Positions 1-12,700 of a stretch of DNA of 64,000 nucleotides are shown in pieces. Each line of letters starts with the position of its first letter. Position 1 is the stretch's first letter. The translations under genes were made by a program, and so were the position numbers. The stretch lies in NCBI GenBank assembly GCA_965649765.1, contig OZ287752.1, forward strand, positions 52,700,001 to 52,764,000, given 5' to 3'. The DNA comes from Bispira polyomma (lineage: Eukaryota). A model generated the notes under the pieces. The model saw only the letters and a list, made by a program, of their open reading frames with translations. It was not told where the DNA came from and did no database searches.

Positions 1-55
1 TCAGTTTAACAGTGCAAGTAGCATATTAATTACCTGTAAACTAAATGAATTAACT

Positions 56-287
56 GTGGGCATAAGGTCCCCCTGTATTATTAAAGTACATATTGTACTC
101 ATGTAATTAAAGTTCCACTTAAAACCTAAGTCAAACTTTAATTTGTTAATCTTCAAAGTCATATCTAAGTTTCAACTTAAATCTAAATTTCTAAAGTCAA
201 CTTCTTTCTTAGTTAGGGTGACTTAAACTCATTCTGGTTTAACCTAAAGTCCTAAACTCAGTTGACTTAAGGGGACCTTATGCTCAC
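56..287. mobile_element. Short MITE-like element with 17-bp terminal inverted repeats
   Basis: GTGGGCATAAGGTCCCC (56-72) and GGGGACCTTATGCTCAC (271-287) are inverted with 1 mismatch; the interior is non-coding with repeated ACTTAA/CTAAG words. Confidence 0.55.
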
Positions 288-1255
288 TCAAAGTGCATAT
301 CATGTCAAAGAACTGTACATAAATATCTTAGTAATAGTAGCTGTAAATATGAAATAAATATATTTAACCGCAGTATTGTCTTTCTATGACTTGTTCGGTT
401 AATTGAGTTTCCTCAGGCACTACTCCGAGGAACTGATATATTTATTTGATGTGTACAACACAGTTTGCAACACAGTCATCCCATACATCTTTTTAGATGT
501 TTAAACCAATGTTAGCCTTTCTTTTACATTATATACAGCACATCCTGTGGTAGTATAAACATCATTTTCACAATAAATTTACATCAAGAAAACAGCTTCA
601 TTACTCAAGATTTGGCCGAATAATTCATGTCAGTATATATACAAGTACAAAAGTCCAAAATCCCATTCCACCACAAAATTTGCACAGGGCTGTGTTTTTT
701 TTCAAATGGCCATTTCAGTATATTTAACTCCATGGCTTGTGGATATTGATACCTTTCAGATCATGTAGAAGGGAAATGAGTATAAAATCAAATGCACAAC
801 GAGTTTTTAGCTGTTACATTACAATCTCTTACATTTAGTATAAAGTGTTGCATATATTATAGCTATTACTTGTTTGTAATGTCACCAATAGTTCCTCTTT
901 GTGCTTATTACTTAAATTACTCTTCCTTCTGTTGGACCCATGTGCTTGTTTCTACACAGTTATATAACTCTCACTTGTTTTGTGTTTATTCAATTGAATA
1001 TGTTTTATACTTGAACAACATTTATAACAACAATAGACGTATACTCATGTAAGTCTACACTTGTAACAGAGTCCTTAATGAAGCATGCTACAATATACAT
1101 GAATTAGAAAAATGTAATACAAGGTAATATCTGAAAGGGTATTTCAATGTTTTAATTTCGAGGTACAGTGAGATACAGCACTATTTAGTTGCAAATAAAC
1201 ACTTTTCATCCTTTTTGAAGGTAGCTACTTCTACTACTATAGTAGTACCATACTA

Positions 1256-1693
1256 TACAGAATTTTATTTCACAAAAGAAACAAAACAATGTAGTAACTA
1301 CTGAAGTAAAAATATCACTAATGCATAATAAATGTCTAAATATAATACAGAATTTTACTTCATAAAAAAACCATTGTACTAACTACTCCAGTAAAGATAT
1401 CAGTAATGCATAAAAAATGTATAAATATTATACAGAATTTTATTTCAAAAAGAAAGAAAACATTGTACTAACTACTCGAGTAAAGATATCAGTAATGCAT
1501 AAGAAATGTCTTAATATTATATAGAATTTTATTTCAGAAAAGAAAGAAAACATTTTACTGACTATTCGAATAAATACATCAGTAATACATAAGAAACGTC
1601 TTCATAAAATATAGAATTTTATGTTAGGAAAGAAAGAAAACATTGTATTAACTACTTGAGTAAAGATATCGGTAATGCATAAAACATGTCTTA
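1256..1693. repeat. Minisatellite, ~89-bp unit x5, downstream of the receptor stop codon
   Basis: Units starting TA(C/T)AGAATTTTA at ~1256, 1346, 1431, 1520 and 1610 share AAACATTGTACTAACTACT...GTAAAGATATCAGTAATGCATAA. Confidence 0.85.
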
Positions 1694-1897
1694 TTTTCTA
1701 ACTTACTACAAGTAAACCAATTAGCTGGCGATAAAAACAACCATTGAATTAATCAATTCTCATTCAAATACAGGTACATATTTTATATTTTAACAAAATC
1801 TGTTGCAGTATATTACCATAAAAAGTCCCAAAAATGATATGACAAAACTTACTCCAGCTGAATCTACACCTATTGAGAAAGCAAAGTCAAAAACACA

Positions 1898-4800
1898 TTA
1901 GGCTAGGGCATAGTGCTGGCTGCTGGCTATAGATTGGTTCTGGTAGAGGTCTCCTGGTTCATACGCATAATGTGCATTGTTACTCCCACCACTGAAGTAG
2001 TTGGTCAGATGCATCAAAATATCGTCAAACGATGGCCGTTGGTTTGGTTCTGGATTCCAACAATGCATCATGATACCATCATAGCTAAGTTTGAGTAAAG
2101 AATATATTGCATGAATAAAAAACTGTAGTTATTAAGAAAATCACAGTATTAAAGTTTTGTATACATATATACATTTTACCTTATCAGAATATGTAATAGC
2201 GAATAAGAAGACTAAATATGTATCATATAATAAATAAAATAGAAAGTTTGTGATGGCCTTTGATTGGCCGTGTTTAGAATTGTCTTCCTATTCGTCTTTG
2301 TCTTCTCATTTTCTCGCCTTCGTCTTCTCAACTCATTTTTAAGAAATGACAAAAACATTGCAAATGAAAATTTTAAATTTTAAGGCATTTTAAATACTCT
2401 GTTCCACTTAATATATAAATATTGTGTGGGTAATAGACTTTATGGATTTACAGTTTTATATTCATCATATGGGTTAGTTTACAACACTGTACTGTCAATT
2501 TTGCCTTACATGAATTCAGTGTAGTCAGGATCCTTTGGCAATCTGTATCCATTCTTGACTTGTGCTGTCATTTCTTTATCTGTCATGTCACCATAAGGTG
2601 GCTTACCTGCAAAAATAAACATATTGTATAATTGCATTTCACAAATGTACGAAACATTTACATATTTTTTTAGCAACGTACAGTTTTAGAACTGGTCAAT
2701 CATGTTTAATATACCACAATTGAGTTTTATGCCTTGCATGTCGATGTGAGTCTATGGTCTATGTGAGCTATACTGTTGTATTTTTAAAACATGTACTTTA
2801 CATAAATTGTGTAAGGGTATTAGAAAGTATAAACAAACACAGCAAAAACATTTGAAGGTGTGATCAACTTCTTGTTTAGATGGCATGGATGTAAATATAT
2901 AAGTACCATGGTATCAACTTGGGCCATATTTCATGGGGCATACACATGTACATGTCACCATTCATTTGCATAAATATTGCCAAAAGGAACTCAATTATAG
3001 AGGCAGATATTATATTTTCTCTATACACAGAAACATAAGATTTGTAATGAAATTCAGTGTAAGATGTTTTATGCATAAGTGAAAAAAAAATATAACAGGA
3101 CACGGCTGTGTTTGCAATTCTGATTGGTTCAACGGTATGGTCAAAATAACCATATACAGATTGATGGGATAAGACTAATTTCGTCTGTAGTATACTTGAT
3201 TCCTAGTGGATATAGTTCCTTGAATAATTTTTACAGTATAATGAGCTGGAATCATGTAATAATTTGAATTTGTCATGTTAGAAAGGAATAACACATTCTA
3301 AAGCACATGACACATTGTACGGTAATTGTTACCACTCTTGAACATTATCTATATTTATACCTTTAGAGTACACCTCATGCAGGAATATGCCATATGACCA
3401 AACATCAGTCTCTTTGGTGTACAGACGTGCCTTGCCTTTAGCTCTGTAGAACTGTTCTGGGGCCATCCACTTGAGTATTACTCTATCCTATGGGTTATAT
3501 CAGCCAAAATACATGTACCATATGTTGAAAATGCTTGCATCTGCAGTAATAGTATTTGCACAAGGTACTGAAATTAATTCATTGAGGTAACACAAATGGT
3601 AAATTTTATACACATTTAGAATGAATAAATAAAATGTCAACAAAATTACACCCTTGTTTATTAAGAAATACTAATGACAATTATACTTGGTGATCCTACG
3701 GACTATTTGATTCTGGTATGTATGAATTGTTTGTTCTGCTTATTGTACATGTGTAAAGGTAAATAAATAATAAATTATATATTGGGAATCTAGGAGAAGT
3801 TAATGCTGAGAGATCCAGAAGGGTGAGAGCTACAATACAAATAAAAACTAAATTGCGGAAATTCCATGCAGTACATACTCCTTTATGTTCATCAATGTCA
3901 CTGGCTTTATCTCCCTTGGCAGGTCCAAAGCCTGTGACTTTAGCCACATAACGGCCTGTTGTGTCCCTGGTGAGTAGGACATTCCTTGCTCCGAGGCGTT
4001 TGTGTATTATCTACAAGGAAACACAGAATGTAAAATTAGCTAGAGATCTCAGTGGTTTTTCAAATACTCAGATCAACCCACACATTATGATATAGAATAT
4101 GTCTAGTGATATGTGACTCTTTGAAATTGGTAGGATTTAACCTTAACTATACTTTTCACTTTTATGATACTCTCCAAAGATATCTCACATGGTTTGTCGA
4201 ACTTGCATCCAGTGGCTGCATAATCACTAATTAAGTACTTCTTAGTATTTTAAACATTTGCAAGTAAAACAGTACTTTTGGCACCACCATTGTGGGGTTG
4301 AATAATAACTTTTACTGTAAAAAAACATAATATGAAATACATTAATACTGTAATATATATGTACCAAACATATAATGTAATGAATAGTTCTGACTACTTA
4401 ATTTAAAAGAAGTTTGACTCCATAATACTGTGGTAAAAAAATCGGCTGCCGTTGAAGTCAATATTTAGTCAATAATGTAAGCTCATTAAATTAAAAATCC
4501 TTGTGTTTTTTTTTAAAAAGTGCTATGTATTAGGGAAAATGTTACCTCATTCTGATGCAAGTGACTCATGCCTTTGGCCACTTGTTCTGCAAAGTTGTTC
4601 ATCTGGTCTTCTATGTCACTGGTAATCTTCTCTACCTTCTGCAGCCATTTGAGTAACTTTCCCTCTTCACAGTACTCCAAAATGATCATAGGTCCTGAAA
4701 ACAGTATGCATATTTTAGCTCCCAAAAGATAAATAAATTAGAGAAATGAATACAACAGCAACAACAACCAGATCTCAAGAAAATTTATGCGACATTTTGA

Positions 4801-6787
4801 GACATAATTTGTATAATCTACTTTGGCATTTTTCTTTTAATCACAATATATAACTTATAAAAATATTATATTACTCTTCACAATTAACTCGTGTAATATA
4901 ATTTAAGTCCTTCAAAATAAAAGATAATAACTTCCTGATACAAACTAACCTTACTCTAGCTAACATAGATTCGACAGACTACATTTATGCAGGAAATCAC
5001 AAAATCACATGCAACATCAACCATCATATTCCATGCGATATTTTCATTAATAGCACCAGCCAAATGTTTTTCAGCAGTGTATTTACCATGGTTGGTTTGT
5101 CCTAGTTATTATGGAGTTGGTCTGTGGAATGTCGTGTCCCTAGTTCAACTCCTGGTACAATCACATTAGCTACTATAAATGATATCCTTGCACATGATGT
5201 GAAGACACAATCACCTCCCCATCGACAACTACCACTATGTTGTACGACTATCTCTTCTTGGCCCTCTAAGGAGCAATGTTATTATCTATTTATCTATCTT
5301 GCTGTTATATCACCCAAATAATGTAACATACGACACTATTGACCGTATCTTATTACTATTTTTAAGCACAAATATTTTCATGAAAACTTGATCAATTGAT
5401 AGTAATATTCACAAGTGAAAATATGGATCGAAGTATGGACAAAGGTTTTTTAAAACTATATGTAAAATACACATGCTATAATGGAAATGTAATGGTGAGA
5501 GGAAAATATAAGTATAATCGGTATTAGCAGTGCAAAACCTGTGATTTCATTCATTTCACATATTATTAGTAATATTATTATGAATTTTTAACGTGCTTCA
5601 TTGATGCTAGGCAGCTTCTAAAGCGCAACAGCAGAATCAATTGTCCAATCATTAAGTCCAAAGAGATTGCAAAGCCGTAAGAAAGGAAGTGGGAGCGTGC
5701 ACAAGGGAAGCTAAGGTGGGTGTGCAAGCTTAAAAAGATAGTTTTTCAGCTTTTTCCTAAAATTGATAAGTGTGTCAACTGATCCGAGGTCGACTGGGAA
5801 ACTATTCCATAACAGTGGAGCTGCAGTGGAGAACGCTCTGGATCCCGCCTTCCTGACTAAGTTTTTGGCATTTTCAGAAGGTAGTATGTCTTTTCCCAGC
5901 AGGGAGATGGGAAACGAATGTTACATTAAGTCTATGTTGCTGCATTGCATATGTGGCTGAGAGGTTAGAATGTTCGACTTTGGATCAGATTGTTCCAAGA
6001 TGGATCCTAGCTGCAGGTCAGGAAAAGTTAGTTTAGGGCAAACTATTTCACACAAGGTTGAGTAATGGGCAACCAATGGGTGTTAGTCCTTGCATTGTAT
6101 GTGGGAGCTGGGAGTGCACAATACCTACAAATGAGTAAATATACCTTCAGGTGGAGGTACTGCAGCTATGTACTTTAGGATATTTTCATGTGATGGCACA
6201 GCACTAAGGAACGACATCTTCGCCTCCATCAAAGTTTTATCCTTGTCTGTGGCACCCACTATGACGTCAGAAAAAATGATTTACGACAAATTATGTTACT
6301 ATGTAAATACTGAAGAGAGAAACTAAATAGAAACTGGTGCTGCAAAATGTGCAGATGTAAGGACAACTGCTATCACACTTTCACATGACATTAGTTACAA
6401 AGCCTGTATTTTACCGTGGCATTATTCTTGGCTTGACAATCCGTTCTGTTCTTTTTACTGTTTCATGCAGTTTAAGTTAGCCTATGACTTATATGCTAAT
6501 CAGTATTTATTTGTGTCTGATAAATTACTTACTTATGTGTATTGCTTGCTCATAGACTGAAATTCAAAATAACAGAAATGATGAATAGCGCTTTGAGTTT
6601 AGGAAGACACAGTACTAGCCCACATTAATAGTACAGGATATGACACAAAAATATGCCTACCTTTATTTACTTTGGCCACTACATCAATTGAATTTCTTGA
6701 CTGTTTTAATTTTGCCTTCAGTATCTCAGCAAACATCCCTTTGGCCAAAGGTAAGGGATCGCCCAATGCAACTCTGTCATTAGTCAA
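1898..6787 (-). CDS. Tyrosine-kinase-fold domain and C-terminal tail (exons 20-26 of the receptor)
   Basis: LAKGMFAEI (G-loop), VVAK, HENILKY, IILEYC, VAKGMSHLH, IIHKRLGARNVLL, AKVTGFG, KWMAPE, TDVWSYGIFLHEV, GKPPY, GYRLPK, MMHCWNPEPNQRPSF. Confidence 0.93.
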
Positions 6788-9700
6788 CTATGTTAATAAA
6801 ACAAAACCAAGATAATAGTACAATAATGTGATTTTGAAGGGTGTTATAAGTTTTTAGCAGCACAACATTAATCATTAACAGCAGTCGGGTCTAACATTTC
6901 TTTGGCTGTTAATGATTAATGGAGTGCTGCTAAAAACTATAACGCCTGTACAAAATCACGTTAATACTATTACTATGAGATAAAATAAAAAGCTGAAAAC
7001 TGATATAAATCCTGATATTTATTGTATAAATATTTCAAATAACAACTAATACATTAACTAATCTTAACAAGCTAAACATGTCTTCTTATATGATATGTCC
7101 ATTTCTCATTATCAACATCACTTATTACCAAGGGTAATAACACAATTGTTAAATGTTAAATTATTAAATCATTTCTTCGAGCTAAACTAATTATCATAAC
7201 ATTTCTAACCTTTCTGTTGTGACATATAAGGGTATTGATCGTGTGAATGAAGACATAGTGTATATAATAACTAAAATGACCTGCAAAACCACAAGGATTG
7301 ATCACTTGCTTGATAGGTCAAAAATACGGTGCTATGTACAAGGATGACTATATAAAATATGACGTCAGTGGTGAGCTGTTAATCCTTCAGCATTTCATTA
7401 ATGCCTGGCAAACTCGGAATTACGATATTTTAGAATACATATAAATTGTTGTTAACCTGCTAGTAAACGGCCGTCTATCTAAAAATAATAACCATTAACA
7501 GCCAAAGAGCAAAATCATGTTATTACTATTATTATGGGAAAAAATAAAAAGCTGAAAAATACTATGAATCCTGATATTATACTGTTTTTTTGTGTAAACA
7601 ATTCAAATAACAACTAACAAATTAACTAATCTTAACAAAGTCTTTTCATATGATATGTCCATTTATCATTATCGACATCACTTAATATTACCAATGGTAA
7701 AATTACAATTAATGAATGTTCTGCCCATTAGTTTTTATAAATAACCCTTTTATTTCCCCATGATGTCAGAGGTGAGCAGTTAATTAAAATCACTTAATAT
7801 TACCAATGGTAAAATTACAATTAATGAATGTTCTGCCCATTAGTTTTTATAAATAACCCTTTTATTTCCCCATGATGTCAGAGGTGAGCAGTTAATTAAT
7901 GGTTCAGACTTTTTATTAATGCCCGAAAAAAAATCGAAATTAAGGTATTTTGGAATACATAAAATTGTTGCTAACCTTTTAGTAACGCCCACCTATCTAA
8001 AAATAATCTATAGTAAAATACATAAACGGAACATTCATCCAATTGGACTTAACCTCTCCAAAAACTGCTTGGCAGAATAAAAAAATATATTGTGTGTGAG
8101 TTGGTGTATCTAGTAAAAGTGTAACTCATTAAATATTGATATGAAACACTAACACCAACAATGTATACATGTTTATGAGATCACTGTATTTGAATCAGTT
8201 CTCAATATTTGATTTATCATTCCTTTATGCTGAGTTTTATATTTAGCAGAGGCTATGAAAATGGTTGTAATTCGAATAGTCATACTAATTTTTGCACTGA
8301 AAATATAACCTATTTTTGTAAGTTTATCAGGACAGTTTAGTCTTTATATAGATTGACAGATAACTAACAGAGAGCCATATCTAAAACCATATAATTTACT
8401 ATATATGTCATTTATGTTATCTAGTACCTTCCACTCTATAGCTCCTATAGGTTCTGCACTATCATATGAGTAAAAATTGTCTTCTGTCTCCCCATCATAG
8501 GCAACCCTGTATGTCTGGAACATATTGAGAATACTGGCACAATGAGATGATATACAAGTAGGTTGTTCCAAAAAGTAAAACAAGTTACATTATTGAAGCG
8601 TAACTTGCTATCCCAGTAATGATTGGCAAATATTTTTCATGAGAATATGGTAACGTTGGCAGTATACATGCTAAAGGCTGTTGGCTTACAAAGCACTGAA
8701 GCTTGACTATCTACCCTGCTACCCTTAATTTCTAACAACACTGAAGTGGCTCTTGTGATATGGCACACCAAATCCTTAGATCGATGTTAAATCCATACAA
8801 AATTAAAAAGACAATAATGCAAGGTTCTACAAGCACAACAGCAGAATCAGTGATCCAATCGTGTCGCCGTGGCCATAGCAAGGTCATAAAGACAGATGTG
8901 GGGTGTACAGGATGAATCTAGGTTTCGTAGGCAAGTTTAAAAAGACAGCTTCTAAGCTTTTTCCAAAAACCGAATTTTTTTTTCCGAAGTATATCTCTAT
9001 CTACTGATCTGAGGTTGACTAAAAGATTGTTTCATAACAAGGGAGCTGCAATGGAGAAAGTTCTTGATCCCACCTTTCTGGTGGGTCTAACAGAAGAAAC
9101 AGAGAGCCTATTACCTCTGTTCAGGTTAATAAAGGAGAGAAGGGAAGCGATTTAGGAGGGCTGTTGAGTGACTACCGCCAATTGTGTTAAAGTGAATTTT
9201 GAACAAATTATATAGTGAATGGGAGTCAGCGTATTGTTTTAGGTATAGAGTGATGTTGGTGTGACTGCCCAGGCCAAAAATCACCTCGCAAACCTGAAAG
9301 ACTTAAAATGTACCACTACTAACATTTTCCCAAGTTGTTTCTCAAACATATGACTGACCTTGACTTTTGTGCCATGCTCTAAAGGTTCATCATATTCATA
9401 AGGATTCCTCTGGTACACCCTGTTGTTTGTAGTGATGCTGCTGACTGCTTGACCTGGGTCACCAATTCATAAAGAAACTTTATAAAGGTTACCTAAATTA
9501 ATCTTATAAAGGGACAATTATATTGTATTTCCATTTATTTTATTATAGTATAGCAAAATAAACATAGAAATAAAATATTATATTTCAAATTTACTTTACC
9601 AATATAACTTTTGTATATTTTTCCTGCATATGTATAATTAAACCTTGTCATTTGTAACCTTCCTACACTCTAAAAAACTGACCAACAGATGACCATAATT

Positions 9701-12700
9701 TTATCGTTGTAAAGGATTTGTCGGGTGATCTGGCAGACTCCACCAGTTGCATTCCAGACAACAGATTAGTATATGAAAGTTCAACAGACAGTTGCTGCTA
9801 TTTCAAATACACACATATATATGGATTAAGAACCTCAAATACAACAACAACATTAATCATAAAAATCAATTAAAATTGTCTTTAGTATTGTGTTACAAGT
9901 AGCATGTTATCACCTAATCTGTGTTATTTACATTAAACAGTCAAATATTAATGTATTAGTCTTGTAATGGTTCTTAAAATATTTATTTTCTCTTTGTTCC
10001 GAAACCAAAATTATATAGTTACATTATTGAAGCGTAACTTGCTATCCCAGTAATGATTAGCAAATACTTTTCATGAGAATATGGTAACATTGGCAGTATA
10101 CATGCTAAAGGCTGTTGGCTTACAAAGCACTAAAGCTTGACTATCTACCCTGCTACCCTTGACTATCTACCCTGCTACCCTTAATTTCTAACAACACTGA
10201 AGTGGCTCTTGTGATATGGCACACCAAATCCTTAGATCGATGTTATGTATATATATATATATATACCGTTCAAAAATATATTTATTCAAAATTAACTTCT
10301 CCATACCAGGTTGAGAGCCAATGTGACTGTTCCTGCTGAGTCTGTTCCTGATGTTGTGGGTTGTGTTTCTCAGAGCTGGTGGGATAACATCTTTGTTGTT
10401 TCTCCATCTTATAAAGATCAATGTTGCCAGGACCATAGCAACAAGAAGTATCAAAGCACCTTGAGAAAAGGGGGAAAAATAGTGTATTACTGGAAATTAT
10501 TATTACATATTCTTGGATTAGTAAATGCATTAATATTTACATGTGCACACAGTTAAACACTAGTCTCCTAACATTGAGAAGAAAGGCTATATGGCCGTCA
10601 TGGTGAATCAAAATAAAAAGTATGAAGACCAAGACACAATATTAATAGGTCTATCAGTTTGATGTTTATTTTACCTTCATATGTGTACAGGTCATTACTG
10701 CTTGAGTGTATTTAGAGCAAACTTTATTACTAGTCCCTGAGCGAACATGGACCTTTTCATAAATCCACATGCTTACCTATTCCTGCACCTATCCATACAC
10801 CAATTCCAAGGTTGCTGTCACCACCTATAAAACAGGAGAATAAGAATTCTATCTTTAATTCTATCTTTAATTATATGGCAATATCATTCTTGTAACTTTT
10901 ATAACAAATCTATTAATTAATCCATGTGTGTGACTTTGCTGTGTGTTTTATTCATGATATTTGTTAGATCTAAACACATTCTAAATATAAACTTAATGTT
11001 TGTCTTATGCCTTGTTATTTCGTAATTGTTACGAATAGACAGTTTGATATTATTCCTATCTTAGGTATTAAATTTCTGATTTACATTGAATTATCTTATT
11101 TTGTATGTGTTTGTCTCATTGTCATGTTTACCATGTAATAATTTATGATCATCTGATCCTTATTTGAACATATGTACTTTTCAATATCCAATAATTATCC
11201 CACCTTCTGTGTCATCTAGTGCACCATGTCCATCATCCCCAGTCAGAAATGTCACTTTCTCAGTCCCTTCTTGTCCTCCTTTATAACTCAGCCTGACTGT
11301 TACTGTATACTCTGTTAAAGGTCTTAGTCCATCGATAGCGACTGATCTCTGTGTTGGTGGTACTTCTACTGTCTTGGTGTTGCTGCCTGCTGTATACACC
11401 ACTCCAACACTCAACGTAGTGTAACACACTGGGGCATACTGCCATGTGATATTCACTCTGTACACATTACTGGGGAACTCAATAACCTTTACATTCTGTG
11501 GAGGTGGATCTAGAAAAACAAAAACATCCTGATTTGTATAGCTATTGTGTATTATTACTTAATTTTATTAATTAAAAACAAATTAACATAGTATTTTAAA
11601 GGCTAAATAGTGACAAGTATTTTGAATGAATCCTCTGAGTGTTTATTACAAGTACCAATTTGTCGTATTGCAATGTATAATGGTGTTACACTATGCAAAT
11701 ACAAATTCCAAGGGTATACAGCACTTTCAACATATGTAAAGTAAGTAGGAACAATTATATGAAATAAACCTAAGATAAACTTTCATCAAAAACTTTGTTT
11801 CTTTGATTAATTTTATGTAGGCTTATTTAATTGTTGTAATGATGTGGAAATATATTTTTTTTTAATTTCATATGAAATGTTTACCAGCATGTTAATCACG
11901 CATAGTTTTAATTTACCGCAGTAAATATATACAATATTAAGTATGCTTACAATAGCCTATTCCTTTCAGGTTCTGTAAAGTTCCAATCTAGAAAACATAT
12001 ATTACAAAAACATTTATGTAATTGTTTTGATAAGTTGTTGCTTTTTAATTTGTGAATAAATCATTATACAATCTACTTTTTAGAGTGCAAGTTGAAAACC
12101 AGTTTTTTTGTGAAAAATAGTGATAAATGCTGAAATGAATTAAGAAAATTGACATCATTGTGACATAGAATATTTTACTCACTTATATGCCTTAACAAAT
12201 ATGCCTTATATTTAAAACATATTTGAATATGTCATCAAACGAGAGAATGTTGAAAATAAATCATAAAAATGTCTTACTTCATAACTTTCTGTAGACTGCC
12301 ATGACAATCCTGCACCATTAGCTACATTAAAATCTAATCTGAAGCTGTGTCCATCAAGGTCTTTTAATTCACAATTATTGATCCAAATAACCTGCTGGTT
12401 TGTGAAGCAGTCAGTATCAGGGACACAGTAGCATTCCCCACTGGTTGCACATGCACCACCCGTGGTGTACTGGGTGGAAAGTTGAAAAAAAGACATCATT
12501 GCATGACAATGAACACACAAAATTGTGTCAATTCTCAAAAGGGTACATTCATACCAATACAACATCACCTTTTAAACACTCAGTAGAGACCAGAGGCCTT
12601 AGGGACTTAACTTAGTCTTAAGGTTAAGATTTTTGTATTAGTCATGTGACAGTAAGAAAAATATCTTTGGTCGGTGTTAATTTTGCACTTAACAATAAAA

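Noticed and set aside
792-1052. Short ORF-track entries in AT-rich DNA (e.g. 792-1052, 25984-26190, 28477-28743, 29498-29863, 34247-34465)
   Set aside because: Low-complexity or antisense chance ORFs with no motifs or splice support.
1256-1693. CRISPR-like array
   Set aside because: Units are whole diverged tandem copies without unique spacers; the context is eukaryotic and there are no cas genes.
9385-9410. NPxY motif as in CED-1/Draper
   Set aside because: The sequence is NPYEY, which does not have NPxY spacing.
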